The translations under genes were made by a program, and so were the position numbers. The notes under the pieces were generated by a model. The model made no database searches and was not told where the DNA came from. It saw only the letters and a list, made by a program, of their open reading frames with translations. This document shows, piece by piece, positions 48,977 through 58,716 of a stretch of 64,000 nucleotides of DNA. The stretch covers positions 96,001 to 160,000 of the forward strand of contig JBFMAD010000004.1 in the NCBI GenBank assembly GCA_040755855.1, read 5' to 3'. How positions within the stretch are numbered: the first letter of the stretch is position 1; the number at the start of each line of letters is the position of its first letter. Origin of the DNA: Planctomycetota bacterium. GTDB taxonomy: Bacteria > Planctomycetota > Brocadiia > JAADGH01.

Positions 48977-49303
48977 ATGAAACGGTTCTGGCTGGCAATG
49001 ATCTTGATGGCGGCAATCGGAATGGCAGGCGTGGAGGCGCAGCCAAGGCACGGGCACCACGGGGGCCACGGCGGCCATTCATACCACGGGCACCACCCGC
49101 ACCACGGCTACCCCTACTACCCGGGATACCGGCCCTACAGCCCCTACTGGCGCTATCCCACATATTGCTACCCCCCGGGCTACTACGGATACCCGACGTA
49201 CTACGGTAATTACTACTACTATTCATACCCGTACTACAACGGCGGGGTTTACGGCAGCTACTACGGAAGCCGCACAGGCATCAACTTCGGCATCCGGTTC
49301 TAA
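48977..49303 (+). CDS. Small secreted His/Gly/Tyr/Pro-rich low-complexity protein
   Basis: AAGGAG RBS, signal peptide ending VEA, C-terminal GINFGIRF. Confidence 0.75.
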   Translation: MKRFWLAMILMAAIGMAGVEAQPRHGHHGGHGGHSYHGHHPHHGYPYYPGYRPYSPYWRYPTYCYPPGYYGYPTYYGNYYYYSYPYYNGGVYGSYYGSRTGINFGIRF

Positions 49304-49325
49304 GTTCCTCCCACTGTTCCGCAGA

Positions 49326-49358
49326 GAGGGCCGCTCCCAAGGGCGGCCCTCGCCTTTT
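49326..49358 (+). terminator. Intrinsic terminator
   Basis: GAGGGCCGCTC-CCAA-GGGCGGCCCTC followed by GCCTTTT. Confidence 0.6.
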
Positions 49359-49467
49359 GCCCCACGCCCTTCCGCGATTTGCCCCGGCATTCAGGCCCCA
49401 TCGGCCATAGGCTCCGCGTCATGATGACCGTTGACGACATCGTTGCTCTCATCCGGCCCACCGGCGC

Positions 49468-51018
49468 TTAGCCCGATGCGCGCATCTCAACCGCCGTCTC
49501 GTAGAGCTGCGTCCTTTTCTTGACCGTCCCCGACCGCACCGACGAGTTGACGATGCTGTTGCCTGTTCGCTTCTTGCGGACCTCATGAAGGTCAACGATC
49601 TCGAAGCCCTCCTGCCGGGCGATGTCGGCGAATATCTGGTCGGTGGGGAACTCGACACCCTGCAGGATGTTGTTCCCGATCACAACTACGGCGGCGCCGC
49701 CGGGCTTGAGGACGTCCCGCGTGACGGCGCAGAAGCGCTGGCAGTCGTTGAAATACGCGGCGGCGTAATTCGCCCAGCCTTGCCCGCCATAGGTCCCCTT
49801 CTCGACGTTCTGCTCCTTCAGGCACTCGATCAGATCGCAAAGCTCCTTCAACTTCGGCCTGAGCGGGACTTCGGGGCCTGAGCGCACCGTTTGCCAGAAC
49901 TGGCCGAAGCTCCGCTGCTCCATCTCCTTGAGGTCTGCCGGCGACTGCACCATTCCAAGCCAGTACATGTGGGGCCGGGTGTTGCGAATGTAGTGGTAGT
50001 TGTTCAGGTAGGGGGGTGAGGTAATGAGCACATCAATGCTCCGTCGTCGCATCGAACTCGCGGCATCGAGATAGGAATCCGTGAACACCGCGGCCTTTGG
50101 CGGCCGCTTGAATCCCGCGAGCCAGCTCTGAAAGACCACAATGTCTTCACGCATGTCCTCGATCTTCCTGCCCACGATCCCGAAGACATCTGCGTCCTCG
50201 ACGTTCGGCTTGCCGGCGGCGGCGCGCGTGCCGAGACTGGGTTCGTAGGAGTAGTTGGAGAAACTCACCATCACCGACCCGAACGCCATGCGAAACAAGT
50301 CCCGCACCCACTCGACCTCCTGGTCGGAGATGAAATCGAGGCACGCGAGGACCTGTCGCTCCACCGCTACACTGAAAAAAGGAACTCGACTGCAAAATCC
50401 TTCGGGGGGGGACGACCTCGACGGTCCGGCATTCTCCGAGAGGGCCTTGTCCCCATACTCATGGAACGCGGCGATGCGTTGCTCCAACACAGCAATGTCA
50501 TAGTCCACCGCACTGACTTTCGCCCTGCAGGCCAATGCGGCATACGGGTTGATCTCAAAGCCGAACGCGTCGTGACCGTACTTGAGCGCCTCGACCAGCG
50601 TCGTTCCCACACCGGCAAAGGGATCCAGGACGGTCAATCGTTTCTTCGTCCGTCCCTCCTTTTGCAAAATTCCGTCAACAAAACCCGCCGAAAACCCGGC
50701 GATCCAGGGAACCCACCGATGCATCGTCCGCTCTCGGTTTTCGGTAAAGGCCGTATCGCGCAGGCCCACAAAGGGCATCTCGTATTGGACCTCAGGCTCC
50801 GCGACGGTGCCCGCCGAATTCGGTCCCGATTTCGCCTCCACTCTCCCTGCAAGCCAGTCCTCCAGCGCGCCACGCAGGAAGCGCCATTCGCGCCCGACCT
50901 TCTGTGATGGCACAAGACGCTTTCGCGCCATTTCCCCAAGTGTCTTGTTGCTGACGCGGATATACTGAGCCGCTTCCTGAAGTGTCATGATCTCGGATAT
51001 GACTTTATCTTCCCGCAT
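49468..51018 (-). CDS. Excisionase-type HTH fused to an amino (probably N4-cytosine) DNA methyltransferase
   Basis: MTLQEAAQYI...KVGREWRF HTH; LDPFAGVGTT motif I; TSPPY motif IV; TTGACA-N16-TATACT promoter at 51079-51052. Confidence 0.85.
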   Translation of the reverse strand: MREDKVISEIMTLQEAAQYIRVSNKTLGEMARKRLVPSQKVGREWRFLRGALEDWLAGRVEAKSGPNSAGTVAEPEVQYEMPFVGLRDTAFTENRERTMHRWVPWIAGFSAGFVDGILQKEGRTKKRLTVLDPFAGVGTTLVEALKYGHDAFGFEINPYAALACRAKVSAVDYDIAVLEQRIAAFHEYGDKALSENAGPSRSSPPEGFCSRVPFFSVAVERQVLACLDFISDQEVEWVRDLFRMAFGSVMVSFSNYSYEPSLGTRAAAGKPNVEDADVFGIVGRKIEDMREDIVVFQSWLAGFKRPPKAAVFTDSYLDAASSMRRRSIDVLITSPPYLNNYHYIRNTRPHMYWLGMVQSPADLKEMEQRSFGQFWQTVRSGPEVPLRPKLKELCDLIECLKEQNVEKGTYGGQGWANYAAAYFNDCQRFCAVTRDVLKPGGAAVVVIGNNILQGVEFPTDQIFADIARQEGFEIVDLHEVRKKRTGNSIVNSSVRSGTVKKRTQLYETAVEMRASG

Positions 51019-51195
51019 CTTTCTTTAGCCTCCTTGATATTGCATCACATGAGTATAGATCGGTCGAACAGGATGTCAAGACAAATTCTTGTCACCGTAA
51101 TGAATCCATGACTCAATTGACATAGCAGAAGGGCGTAAGGTAATATCTGTAATCCAATAATGTGCTTGGCCAAGCTACCCATTGGGAGAAATGGA

Positions 51196-54100
51196 ATGCG
51201 CATCTCGCGAACCATCACACTGCTTCTCAGTCTCGCGGCATCCGTCGTAGTCCTGCAAGCCCACGCCGCTGATATCTTCACCATTGACTTCGAGCAAGGC
51301 CCAGAATTGGCGAAGTATCAGGAGCGGCTGGACGTCGGGAAGATGCAGGCCACCATCGTCGAGGGAGGACACGACGGCAAAGGGCATTGCCTGAGACTTC
51401 ACAATCCCGAACCGGACACGGCATGTTCCCTCACGGTGAAAGGCCCCATCGAGGTGAAGAAAAACCTCATCCTCTCCTTCCGGCACCGGGAGGAGATCGA
51501 GGCGGGATACGAAGGCGCATACCTCGGCATGAGCTGGTACGTCGGCGACGAGCAGGCCTTCTGGTGCAGCGACAAATTCAGCAACGAGTGGAAACTGGCC
51601 CAGGTCCAGATCGGCGCGCTTAAGGACCATCGGGGGGTGGACATGAAACTGGGACTCATCCTCTCGAGAGTTCAACTCTACGGTCGCGTGAAGGAGAAGA
51701 CCCAGAAGAAGGGCGAGACCAAGGCCCGCATCACCGTCTGGTTCGACGACATCCGCCTCTACACCGGATTCCCCGAGCGGACACTCTCCGAGCGCACGCG
51801 CGAGACCTACTCCAACCCGCCCCTGCTCAACTGGCCGAGGGACAAGGGCGAGAGCAAGCAGAAGGTCCAATACTCCCTCGATCCCACGTTCCCCGACGGA
51901 AAATCCACGACCGTCGAAGCGACATGGAACTTCTACACACCGCCCAAGCCCCTTGAACCGGGCACATGGTACTGGCGCGTATGGAGCGACGGCGAACTCT
52001 ATGAGGGCTGGTCGGAGGTGGAACAAGTTATGGTACCCCCGGATGTCCACAACTTTACGACGGACTCCATTCCTGTTGACAAGCTGCTCAAGACGCCGCG
52101 TCCGCGCCTCCTCCCCGTTGCGATGATTGACCAGCCGGAACTGACGGAGCAGCGAAAGACGCAGTTGAAAGAGAGCGCCAGGAAGCTCCGCGAGTGGCCG
52201 GCGAACAAGTACAGCGCTGTAGGCGGCGACGCCGATGCGCCGGAGCAGGAATACCCCGGCCCGGACGGGAAGCCGATCATCCTTGGACGAACCGGCGTCC
52301 AGGTCCACCCCGGTCCCCATGAGCAGGGTGACAAACGCTGGCCCACATGGATTGACTGGTACGGTCGCGTGGCCGGTCGCATCACCGGCGGCACCGGGCG
52401 GCGCCTGGAAAACATAGGGCGCTACGCCATCCTGACGCAGGATCCGGAGGTGATCCAGTGGGCGAAGGAGATGGCCCTCATGGCCTGCATGTGGGACCCC
52501 GAAGGCGGCAGCAATATGCGACGCGGCGACATCGGCGCGCATCACCTCCTGCGCGGGCTGAATTGGTGCTATGACGCCTGCCGCGACCACATGACCCCCG
52601 CCGAGCGCGAGCTGATGCAGAAGATCATCGTCCAGCGCACCATGCAGTTCTACGACCGACTCAATCCGTTCCGCGGACACGAGGCAAACAACCATGCCTG
52701 GCTCCAGGCCTTCGGCGTGTCCGAGGCGGGCATCGTCCTCCTCGGCGATCACGACCAAGCCGCCGAGTGGATCGAGTACATCCGGCAGCTCTATCTCGGT
52801 CGCTTCCTATGCTGCCTCGGCTACCAGGGCGACAACAACGAGGGCATGTCCTACTGGGCCTACGGCCTCTCATTCATCATTGACTACGCTGATGAACTGC
52901 GGGCGGTAACGGGCATTGACCTCTACAAGCATCCCTGGCTGGCCCAGACGGCGCGGTTCGTCATGTACAATTGTCCGCCGAACGGCTGGTGGGTCTCCTT
53001 CGCCGACAGCGGCATGCCCAACCACGGGGCGAAGAAGGGACCGATCTACCAGCAGCATGTCCGCAACCTCGCCCTGCGCTGCGCCGATCCTTACACCCTC
53101 TGGTATAGCGGCGAACGCGAGACGGTGAACGGCCTCGCGCCCAAGCCGCCGGTGGACCTGCCCCAGTCCATCCACTACCGCCACATCGGGTGGGTGATAT
53201 TCAACACATCGCTCATAGACGGACGCGACGCGGTCACCGTGGCCATGCACAGCGGCAAGTACTATGCCGGCCACCAGCACCCCGACCAGAACAGCTTCGT
53301 CATCAACGCCTATGGCGAGAAGCTGGCCATTGACGGCGGCTACTATGACTGGTACGGCAGCCCGCACTTCAAGGCGTATTCCATGACCACCCTCGCGCAC
53401 AACACGCTCCTCGTGAACGGTGAAGGCCAGGCCCCATGCAAGGAAGGCGCGGATGGGCGAGTCGTAACCTATTTCGATTCGCCTGGTTATGGCTACACCG
53501 TCGGCGACGCCTCCGACCCGGACGTCTACAAAGGATTGCTGAAACAGTTCGACCGGCGGATTCTGTTCATCAAGCCGGGCTTTGTCGTCATCCACGATCT
53601 GGTCGCATCGGCGAAGGACCCGGCGAAGTACGACTGGATGCTCCATGCCATCGTCCCGATTAAGGTGGACGACGCGAAGAAGTCGTTCGACATCGGCTGC
53701 GAGAGCGCGGCGCTGCGCGGACGATTTTTCGCGCCTGCGAATGTCGGCCTGAAGGTGACCACCGGCTTCCCCGTCGAGCCGGTGAACCGCTACAGCACCG
53801 ATCCCGTGCCGAAGGAGAATTACTTCCCCGAATGGCACCTCTACGCCACACCGGAGAAGCCCGCCGTCGAGGATGAGTTCTTCGCAGCCATGCAGGTCCA
53901 GCGCCTCGGCGCCGAGGCCGAGCCGGAGGCGGCGTTCGAGACGGCCCAAGGCGAGAATTGCCACGCCGTGCGAATCCAATGCGGCGACAGGACGCACGTC
54001 ATCCTTCTCCGCAAGCGGGGCGCGGAAGGCCCGATGAAGGCGGACGACCTGGAGTGCGACGGCGAGGCGGCGGCGATCGAGGTGGATGGGGCGGGGACGC

Positions 54101-55002
54101 TCAAGCGCTCGTTCGCGGCGTCCGCGTCTTTCCTTCGCTGGCAGGGCAAGGAGATCGTCGCGGGCGAGAAATCGAATTGGTCTACACTCGACCGGCCGAA
54201 TCTGAAGTCTGAGCCTGTCAGGGGCGCATGGGCAAGCGTGAACGGCAAGAAATCAGAACTTCAGGGCTATCAGATCCGTCTGCCCGACGGGATGCTCCGC
54301 TACTGGTGGGGACGGGTCGAACTGCCGCAGAGCGACCGATACGCCATAGCCTTCGACGGATGGACGGAGAGGCTTCCGCCGTGCCTGAAGATCGGCGATA
54401 AGGAGATCCCTTTCGGGACGGAGGGGAAGGCGACGTTCTGGCTGAAGGAGGGACCCTATCCCATCGAAATCGCAGGCAGAGGGACCTTCACGGGCCTGAC
54501 CCTCGCCGGCGAGGGCGTGAAGCTCGTCCCCGCGAAGATGCTGCCGAAGGAGTTGAAGCCTGCTGAGGGCAGCGTGATCATCGAGGCCGAGAAGCCCTCC
54601 GCCGCGCAGGGGCAGAAATTCCAGGTGATGAAGAAGGTCGCCGCATCCGGCGGCGAGGCCCATTGCTGCTGGGACTCGGAGGGCGACTGGGCGGAGTGGA
54701 CCTTCGAGATTGCGAAAGAAGGCGACTACGAGCTGCTGATCCGCGGCTGCAGCGAGAATGAAATAATCCTCCGCGAGATCGCGCTGGACGGCAAGCCGCT
54801 TTCGCCGGATGTCGGCGTCGTCCGCCTGCAGTCCACGGGCGGCTGGTGTCGAACAGCAGACGACTGGCGCTACTTCGCAGTGGTGGATTCGAAGGGCGGG
54901 ACGGCGCGCATCCATCTCGTCCCCGGCAGGCACACCCTCCGCATGGACCAGCGCGGCGGCTCGATGAACCTGGACCTGCTGGCGTGGCAGGCGTGTAGAT
55001 AG
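51196..55002 (+). CDS. Secreted heparinase II/III-like polysaccharide lyase (DUF4962 plus Hepar_II_III) with carbohydrate-binding modules
   Basis: SNPPLLNWP, NNH, EGMSYWAYG, HQHPDQNSF, AHNTLLVNG; C-terminal IIEAE CBM-like domain. Confidence 0.8.
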   Translation: MRISRTITLLLSLAASVVVLQAHAADIFTIDFEQGPELAKYQERLDVGKMQATIVEGGHDGKGHCLRLHNPEPDTACSLTVKGPIEVKKNLILSFRHREEIEAGYEGAYLGMSWYVGDEQAFWCSDKFSNEWKLAQVQIGALKDHRGVDMKLGLILSRVQLYGRVKEKTQKKGETKARITVWFDDIRLYTGFPERTLSERTRETYSNPPLLNWPRDKGESKQKVQYSLDPTFPDGKSTTVEATWNFYTPPKPLEPGTWYWRVWSDGELYEGWSEVEQVMVPPDVHNFTTDSIPVDKLLKTPRPRLLPVAMIDQPELTEQRKTQLKESARKLREWPANKYSAVGGDADAPEQEYPGPDGKPIILGRTGVQVHPGPHEQGDKRWPTWIDWYGRVAGRITGGTGRRLENIGRYAILTQDPEVIQWAKEMALMACMWDPEGGSNMRRGDIGAHHLLRGLNWCYDACRDHMTPAERELMQKIIVQRTMQFYDRLNPFRGHEANNHAWLQAFGVSEAGIVLLGDHDQAAEWIEYIRQLYLGRFLCCLGYQGDNNEGMSYWAYGLSFIIDYADELRAVTGIDLYKHPWLAQTARFVMYNCPPNGWWVSFADSGMPNHGAKKGPIYQQHVRNLALRCADPYTLWYSGERETVNGLAPKPPVDLPQSIHYRHIGWVIFNTSLIDGRDAVTVAMHSGKYYAGHQHPDQNSFVINAYGEKLAIDGGYYDWYGSPHFKAYSMTTLAHNTLLVNGEGQAPCKEGADGRVVTYFDSPGYGYTVGDASDPDVYKGLLKQFDRRILFIKPGFVVIHDLVASAKDPAKYDWMLHAIVPIKVDDAKKSFDIGCESAALRGRFFAPANVGLKVTTGFPVEPVNRYSTDPVPKENYFPEWHLYATPEKPAVEDEFFAAMQVQRLGAEAEPEAAFETAQGENCHAVRIQCGDRTHVILLRKRGAEGPMKADDLECDGEAAAIEVDGAGTLKRSFAASASFLRWQGKEIVAGEKSNWSTLDRPNLKSEPVRGAWASVNGKKSELQGYQIRLPDGMLRYWWGRVELPQSDRYAIAFDGWTERLPPCLKIGDKEIPFGTEGKATFWLKEGPYPIEIAGRGTFTGLTLAGEGVKLVPAKMLPKELKPAEGSVIIEAEKPSAAQGQKFQVMKKVAASGGEAHCCWDSEGDWAEWTFEIAKEGDYELLIRGCSENEIILREIALDGKPLSPDVGVVRLQSTGGWCRTADDWRYFAVVDSKGGTARIHLVPGRHTLRMDQRGGSMNLDLLAWQACR

Positions 55003-55032
55003 AAGAACCACGCCGATGAGGGAGGTAACAGA

Positions 55033-55806
55033 ATGCTTGACGCCCTGAGGGAAAAGATTGGATTAGCCGAGGCCCAGATGAAGGCCAGGCTTCAGGAGAT
55101 TCGTGCTACATTTGGGCACAGTGGCGACAAAGGAACTTCACTTGAGGGCGTTTTCCGGGAGTTCCTACGCCAATACCTTCCGAGACGATTGGATGTGGGC
55201 CACGGAGAGGTGATTGACTCGAAGGGGCTGAGATCGAGACAGACCGATGTAGTAGTGACGTCCGAGGATCATCCCTTTACGGTTACGCCTGATCTCCCGG
55301 GTCTATTCTTCGTTGAGGGCGTTTGTGCAGCGGGAGAGATCAAAGCCAATCTAACCAGCGAGAATCTCGTCTCAACTCTCGAGAAATCCTGTGCATTCAA
55401 GACGCTTCGGATAGATCCCGGAAAGGGAACGCAGATATTCTCGAATCCCTCGGATCAAGAACGGTTCTACAAGTGTCCGCCGTGGTTTGTCCTGGCATGG
55501 GAGTCGCAACTGGACATAGTGGGCTTGCAGAACAAGGTTGAGGAGTTTGTGGCGCAGAGTGGGACCAACCCCGTGCGTCTCGTCGACGCGGTTTTCGTTC
55601 TGGATCGCGGCTGGGCTATCAACTTCGGGGATGGCGAAGGAGCCTGCAAGTTTGTGGACAGTCAGGGTAAGTCAGTTCCCGGGTGGGTGTGGCAGCATTC
55701 TGATTCGGTTCTGTTCCAATTTCTTTCTTGGTTGACGTGCGTGATGCCAAGAATGGTTCGATTTGAGCCAATTCTTGCCAAGTACCTTGTCTTCGCAATC
55801 AGTTAG
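55033..55806 (+). CDS. NucC-like / DUF6602 restriction-fold endonuclease
   Basis: HSGDKGTSLE...YLPRR...VIDSKG..SRQTDVVV...EGVCAAGEIK follows the NucC motif pattern. Confidence 0.75.
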   Translation: MLDALREKIGLAEAQMKARLQEIRATFGHSGDKGTSLEGVFREFLRQYLPRRLDVGHGEVIDSKGLRSRQTDVVVTSEDHPFTVTPDLPGLFFVEGVCAAGEIKANLTSENLVSTLEKSCAFKTLRIDPGKGTQIFSNPSDQERFYKCPPWFVLAWESQLDIVGLQNKVEEFVAQSGTNPVRLVDAVFVLDRGWAINFGDGEGACKFVDSQGKSVPGWVWQHSDSVLFQFLSWLTCVMPRMVRFEPILAKYLVFAIS

Positions 55807-55891
55807 GTCGCTCGCCCGAACAGCTTGACAGGCGACGCGTGGTGGGGTAGAGTATATTGTGACGAATGCGATTGTTTGGAGATGCCACGGC

Positions 55892-56203
55892 ATGGCACTG
55901 AAACTCCCCATAGACCGCGAGAAGATCGCCGAGTTCTGCCGACGATGGAAGATCGTCGAGTTTGCGCTTTTCGGTTCGGTAGTTCGGGAAGACTTCGGCG
56001 CGGAGAGCGATATTGATGCACTGGTGACCTTTGCCCCCGATGCGCGATGGGGACTGTTCGATGTGGTCCGAATGCAAGAAGCTCTCGAGAAGATTTTGGG
56101 TCGGAAGGTAGATCTGGTGGAGCGCAAGGCCGTTGAGCAAAGTGAAAACTACATCCGCCGCAAACATATATTGAGGGAAGCACAGGTAGTCTATGTGGCG
56201 TGA
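55892..56203 (+). CDS. Minimal nucleotidyltransferase antitoxin (MntA-like)
   Basis: [30 protein letters not shown]17-TAGAGT promoter at 55825-55853. Confidence 0.9.
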   Translation: MALKLPIDREKIAEFCRRWKIVEFALFGSVVREDFGAESDIDALVTFAPDARWGLFDVVRMQEALEKILGRKVDLVERKAVEQSENYIRRKHILREAQVVYVA

Positions 56204-56546
56204 TGACGCCTATCTTCTGGACATTCTCATTGCCGCACGCCGAGCGCTGGAGTTCAGCCGAGGATTGACTTGGGAACAATTCGACCAGAGCCATTTGCAT
56301 CAGGCGGCAATTGTGCGGACTCTGGAGATCATTGGTGAGGCAGCCGGCAGGCTGTCAAAGGAAATCAAAGCCGCCCATCCCGAGATTCCGTGGGACGGGA
56401 TGATCGGCATGCGCAATCGCCTGATCCACGAGTATTTCCGAGTGGATCTTGCGAAGGTATGGGATGTCGTTCAGAACGAGGTCCCCGTCTTGATCCGTCT
56501 CATCTCACCCCTCGTCCCGCCGGACGACGAAGTCTCTTCCTCATAA
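56193..56546 (+). CDS. HEPN/DUF86 ribonuclease toxin (HepT-like)
   Basis: [16 protein letters not shown] (RX4HXY); overlaps the MNT stop. Confidence 0.92.
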   Translation: MWRDDAYLLDILIAARRALEFSRGLTWEQFDQSHLHQAAIVRTLEIIGEAAGRLSKEIKAAHPEIPWDGMIGMRNRLIHEYFRVDLAKVWDVVQNEVPVLIRLISPLVPPDDEVSSS

Positions 56547-56564
56547 CGCAGGATGGAGAAGCGC

Positions 56565-57542
56565 ATGCCCGCCATGAAACGTCTCGCTAAGCCCGAAGGC
56601 TTCGGCAATGTAATTGTCGAGGAAGTGGACGTCCCGAAGATCGGCGATGGGGAAATCCTCGTCCGCATCCACCGGTCGCTCATCAGCCGAGGCTCGGAGA
56701 TCGGCGGGCGGTATCGAAAGCAAGCGGCCGTTGACGCCAGCCACATGGGATACTCCGCAGCGGGCGTTGTGGAGGAGGTTGGGAAAGGGATTGACGATGT
56801 CGCCGTCGGCGACCGCGTGTCCCTCATCGCGCCCCATGCGGAGTACGGCGTGGGGAAGAAGGAGTGGCGTCCCGGCGAACCCTCCTACGCGAGAATTCCC
56901 GACGCCATGTCCTTCGAGCGCGCCACGTTCATCCCCCTCGCCCGGAGCGCCGTCGGCTGGGCGCGGAGCGCGTTCATCCGGGAGGGCGACACCGTGGCGA
57001 TCCTCGGCCAAGGGCTGGTCGGCGCGCTATGCCTCCAGACGGTCCGCGAGATGAGGCCGGGCAAGGTGATCGGCGTGGATGCCCTCGATCTGCGCTGCGC
57101 CTTGGCGAAGACGCTCGGGGCGGATGTCGCGGTGAATGCATCGAAGGAAGACCCGGTCAAGGCCGTGCGCGACGCCACTAAGGGCCGCGGCGCCGATGTG
57201 GTCATGGACTGCGTCGGCGGGCCGGCGGGGGTTAAGTCCTTCGCCCAGGCGCAGGACATGGCGCGGGGCGGCGGCGTCATCCAGATCGTCGGCCTGTATC
57301 ATGAGCAGCCTCTCCCGCTTGATGCCTCGAAGATCCAGGGCAAGCTGATCGTCGGCGGTATGCGCGACGTGGGACCGCTGGCGGAGCTGATGAAGGTCGC
57401 TATCGGAATGATGACGGACGGGCGGATTCGCGTCGAGGAGATGATCACCCACCGCCTTCGCCTCGACGATGCTCCGCGGGCTTTTGCCATGCTGCATGAT
57501 CGGTTACATGAGGCCATCGGTGTAATACTCGAAAGCGATTGA
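56565..57542 (+). CDS. Medium-chain (zinc-binding-type) dehydrogenase
   Basis: SLISRGSE, GYSAAG, GQGLVG Rossmann motif. Confidence 0.85.
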   Translation: MPAMKRLAKPEGFGNVIVEEVDVPKIGDGEILVRIHRSLISRGSEIGGRYRKQAAVDASHMGYSAAGVVEEVGKGIDDVAVGDRVSLIAPHAEYGVGKKEWRPGEPSYARIPDAMSFERATFIPLARSAVGWARSAFIREGDTVAILGQGLVGALCLQTVREMRPGKVIGVDALDLRCALAKTLGADVAVNASKEDPVKAVRDATKGRGADVVMDCVGGPAGVKSFAQAQDMARGGGVIQIVGLYHEQPLPLDASKIQGKLIVGGMRDVGPLAELMKVAIGMMTDGRIRVEEMITHRLRLDDAPRAFAMLHDRLHEAIGVILESD

Positions 57543-57544
57543 CT

Positions 57545-58036
57545 ATGGAGACTGCGAACAAGAAACGAGAGGCCATGAAGCTTCTCGGCTGCGTCGTGCT
57601 TTGTCTGTTCGTCGGGTTCATCGGCTCTTGGTTCACCGAGTCGTCGTTGTGGACATGGTATCCGGAATTGAGGAAGCCGTCCTTCACGCCGCCGAGCGAA
57701 ATTTTCGCGCCGGTGTGGACGGCGCTGTACGTCCTCATGGGCGTGTCGCTTTACTTCGTCGCGCGCGGGGGCTTGAAGACCGAGAGCGTGCGCACGGCTG
57801 CCGTGCTATTCGTCATCCAGTTGTCGCTCAACCTCATGTGGTCGCCGGCGTTCTTCGGACTCCGATCGATTTTAGCCGGCCTTATTGTGATCTCGCTGCT
57901 CTGGCCCGCGATCCTGGTCACCATGCTCACCTTTGCGCGGGTCTCATTTCTGGCCGCCGTCCTGCTCTTTCCCTATCTCATCTGGACGGGTTACGCCGTG
58001 GCGCTCAACCTGGCCCTATTCATCCTGAACCGATAG
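57545..58036 (+). CDS. tspO: TspO/MBR tryptophan-rich sensory protein (start may be 57575)
   Basis: WYPELRKPSFTPP..FAPVWTALY, LNLMWSPAFFG, PYLIW. Confidence 0.92.
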   Translation: METANKKREAMKLLGCVVLCLFVGFIGSWFTESSLWTWYPELRKPSFTPPSEIFAPVWTALYVLMGVSLYFVARGGLKTESVRTAAVLFVIQLSLNLMWSPAFFGLRSILAGLIVISLLWPAILVTMLTFARVSFLAAVLLFPYLIWTGYAVALNLALFILNR

Positions 58037-58218
58037 CCAAGTTCTTTGAGGAGGCCCTCTTGAAACCGAAGGCCGACGTGAACGCCTTGCGAGACGCCTA
58101 CAAGGAACTGAACACTAACTATACCAAGAAGGAGAACTGACTCGGGGGCGCGGAGGACTGCAGCCACACCCCTCTTGCCTGTTGCGATGGGCGGTCACGC
58201 CCTCTGCAACACGGTTCC

Positions 58219-58710
58219 TTAATCGTCAATCGAACGGCGTAGCGGGGCCTTCATCGGGCCGGTCTCGGAATAGCCCCGAAGACGAACGAAGAGTATGAAA
58301 CCAATGAGGATCAGGCACCAAATCATATAAATGAGAAGACGATTCCGCGGACGATCAAACCACGGAGTCGGAGGCGGGAGGCGGCTTGGATACTCCTGCC
58401 CCGTTAGGATTCGATCGAACAGCCGCCGATTGGCGCGTTCGAGGTACGGGCGAATGAACACCCGCTTCGGCGCCCAGGGGTTGCCGCAGCGAGGACAACT
58501 GTTGGGCGAGTTCATACCATCGAGATACTCGCTCTTGCACACGGCGCAGATGACGTCCCCACACACGCTGCACACGTGTCCGCAGATATAGGCCGTTGCA
58601 TCTTCCCCGGTGCCATCCCTCAGCCGCGTAACCACACTGGCCCGGACCGGAATCCCAGTGATCTCCGCATGGCACATCGCACAGGTTGTCGTCTCGACCT
58701 CCCCCATCAT
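58219..58710 (-). CDS. Hypothetical multi-CxxC zinc-finger membrane protein
   Basis: CAMC, CSVC, CAVC, CPRC; C-terminal TM helix. Confidence 0.6.
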   Translation of the reverse strand: MMGEVETTTCAMCHAEITGIPVRASVVTRLRDGTGEDATAYICGHVCSVCGDVICAVCKSEYLDGMNSPNSCPRCGNPWAPKRVFIRPYLERANRRLFDRILTGQEYPSRLPPPTPWFDRPRNRLLIYMIWCLILIGFILFVRLRGYSETGPMKAPLRRSIDD

Positions 58711-58716
58711 CTCTCC

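Noticed and set aside
55033..56546. Canonical CBASS operon
   Set aside because: The nucleotidyltransferase is a ~100-aa MNT paired with HEPN, not a CD-NTase
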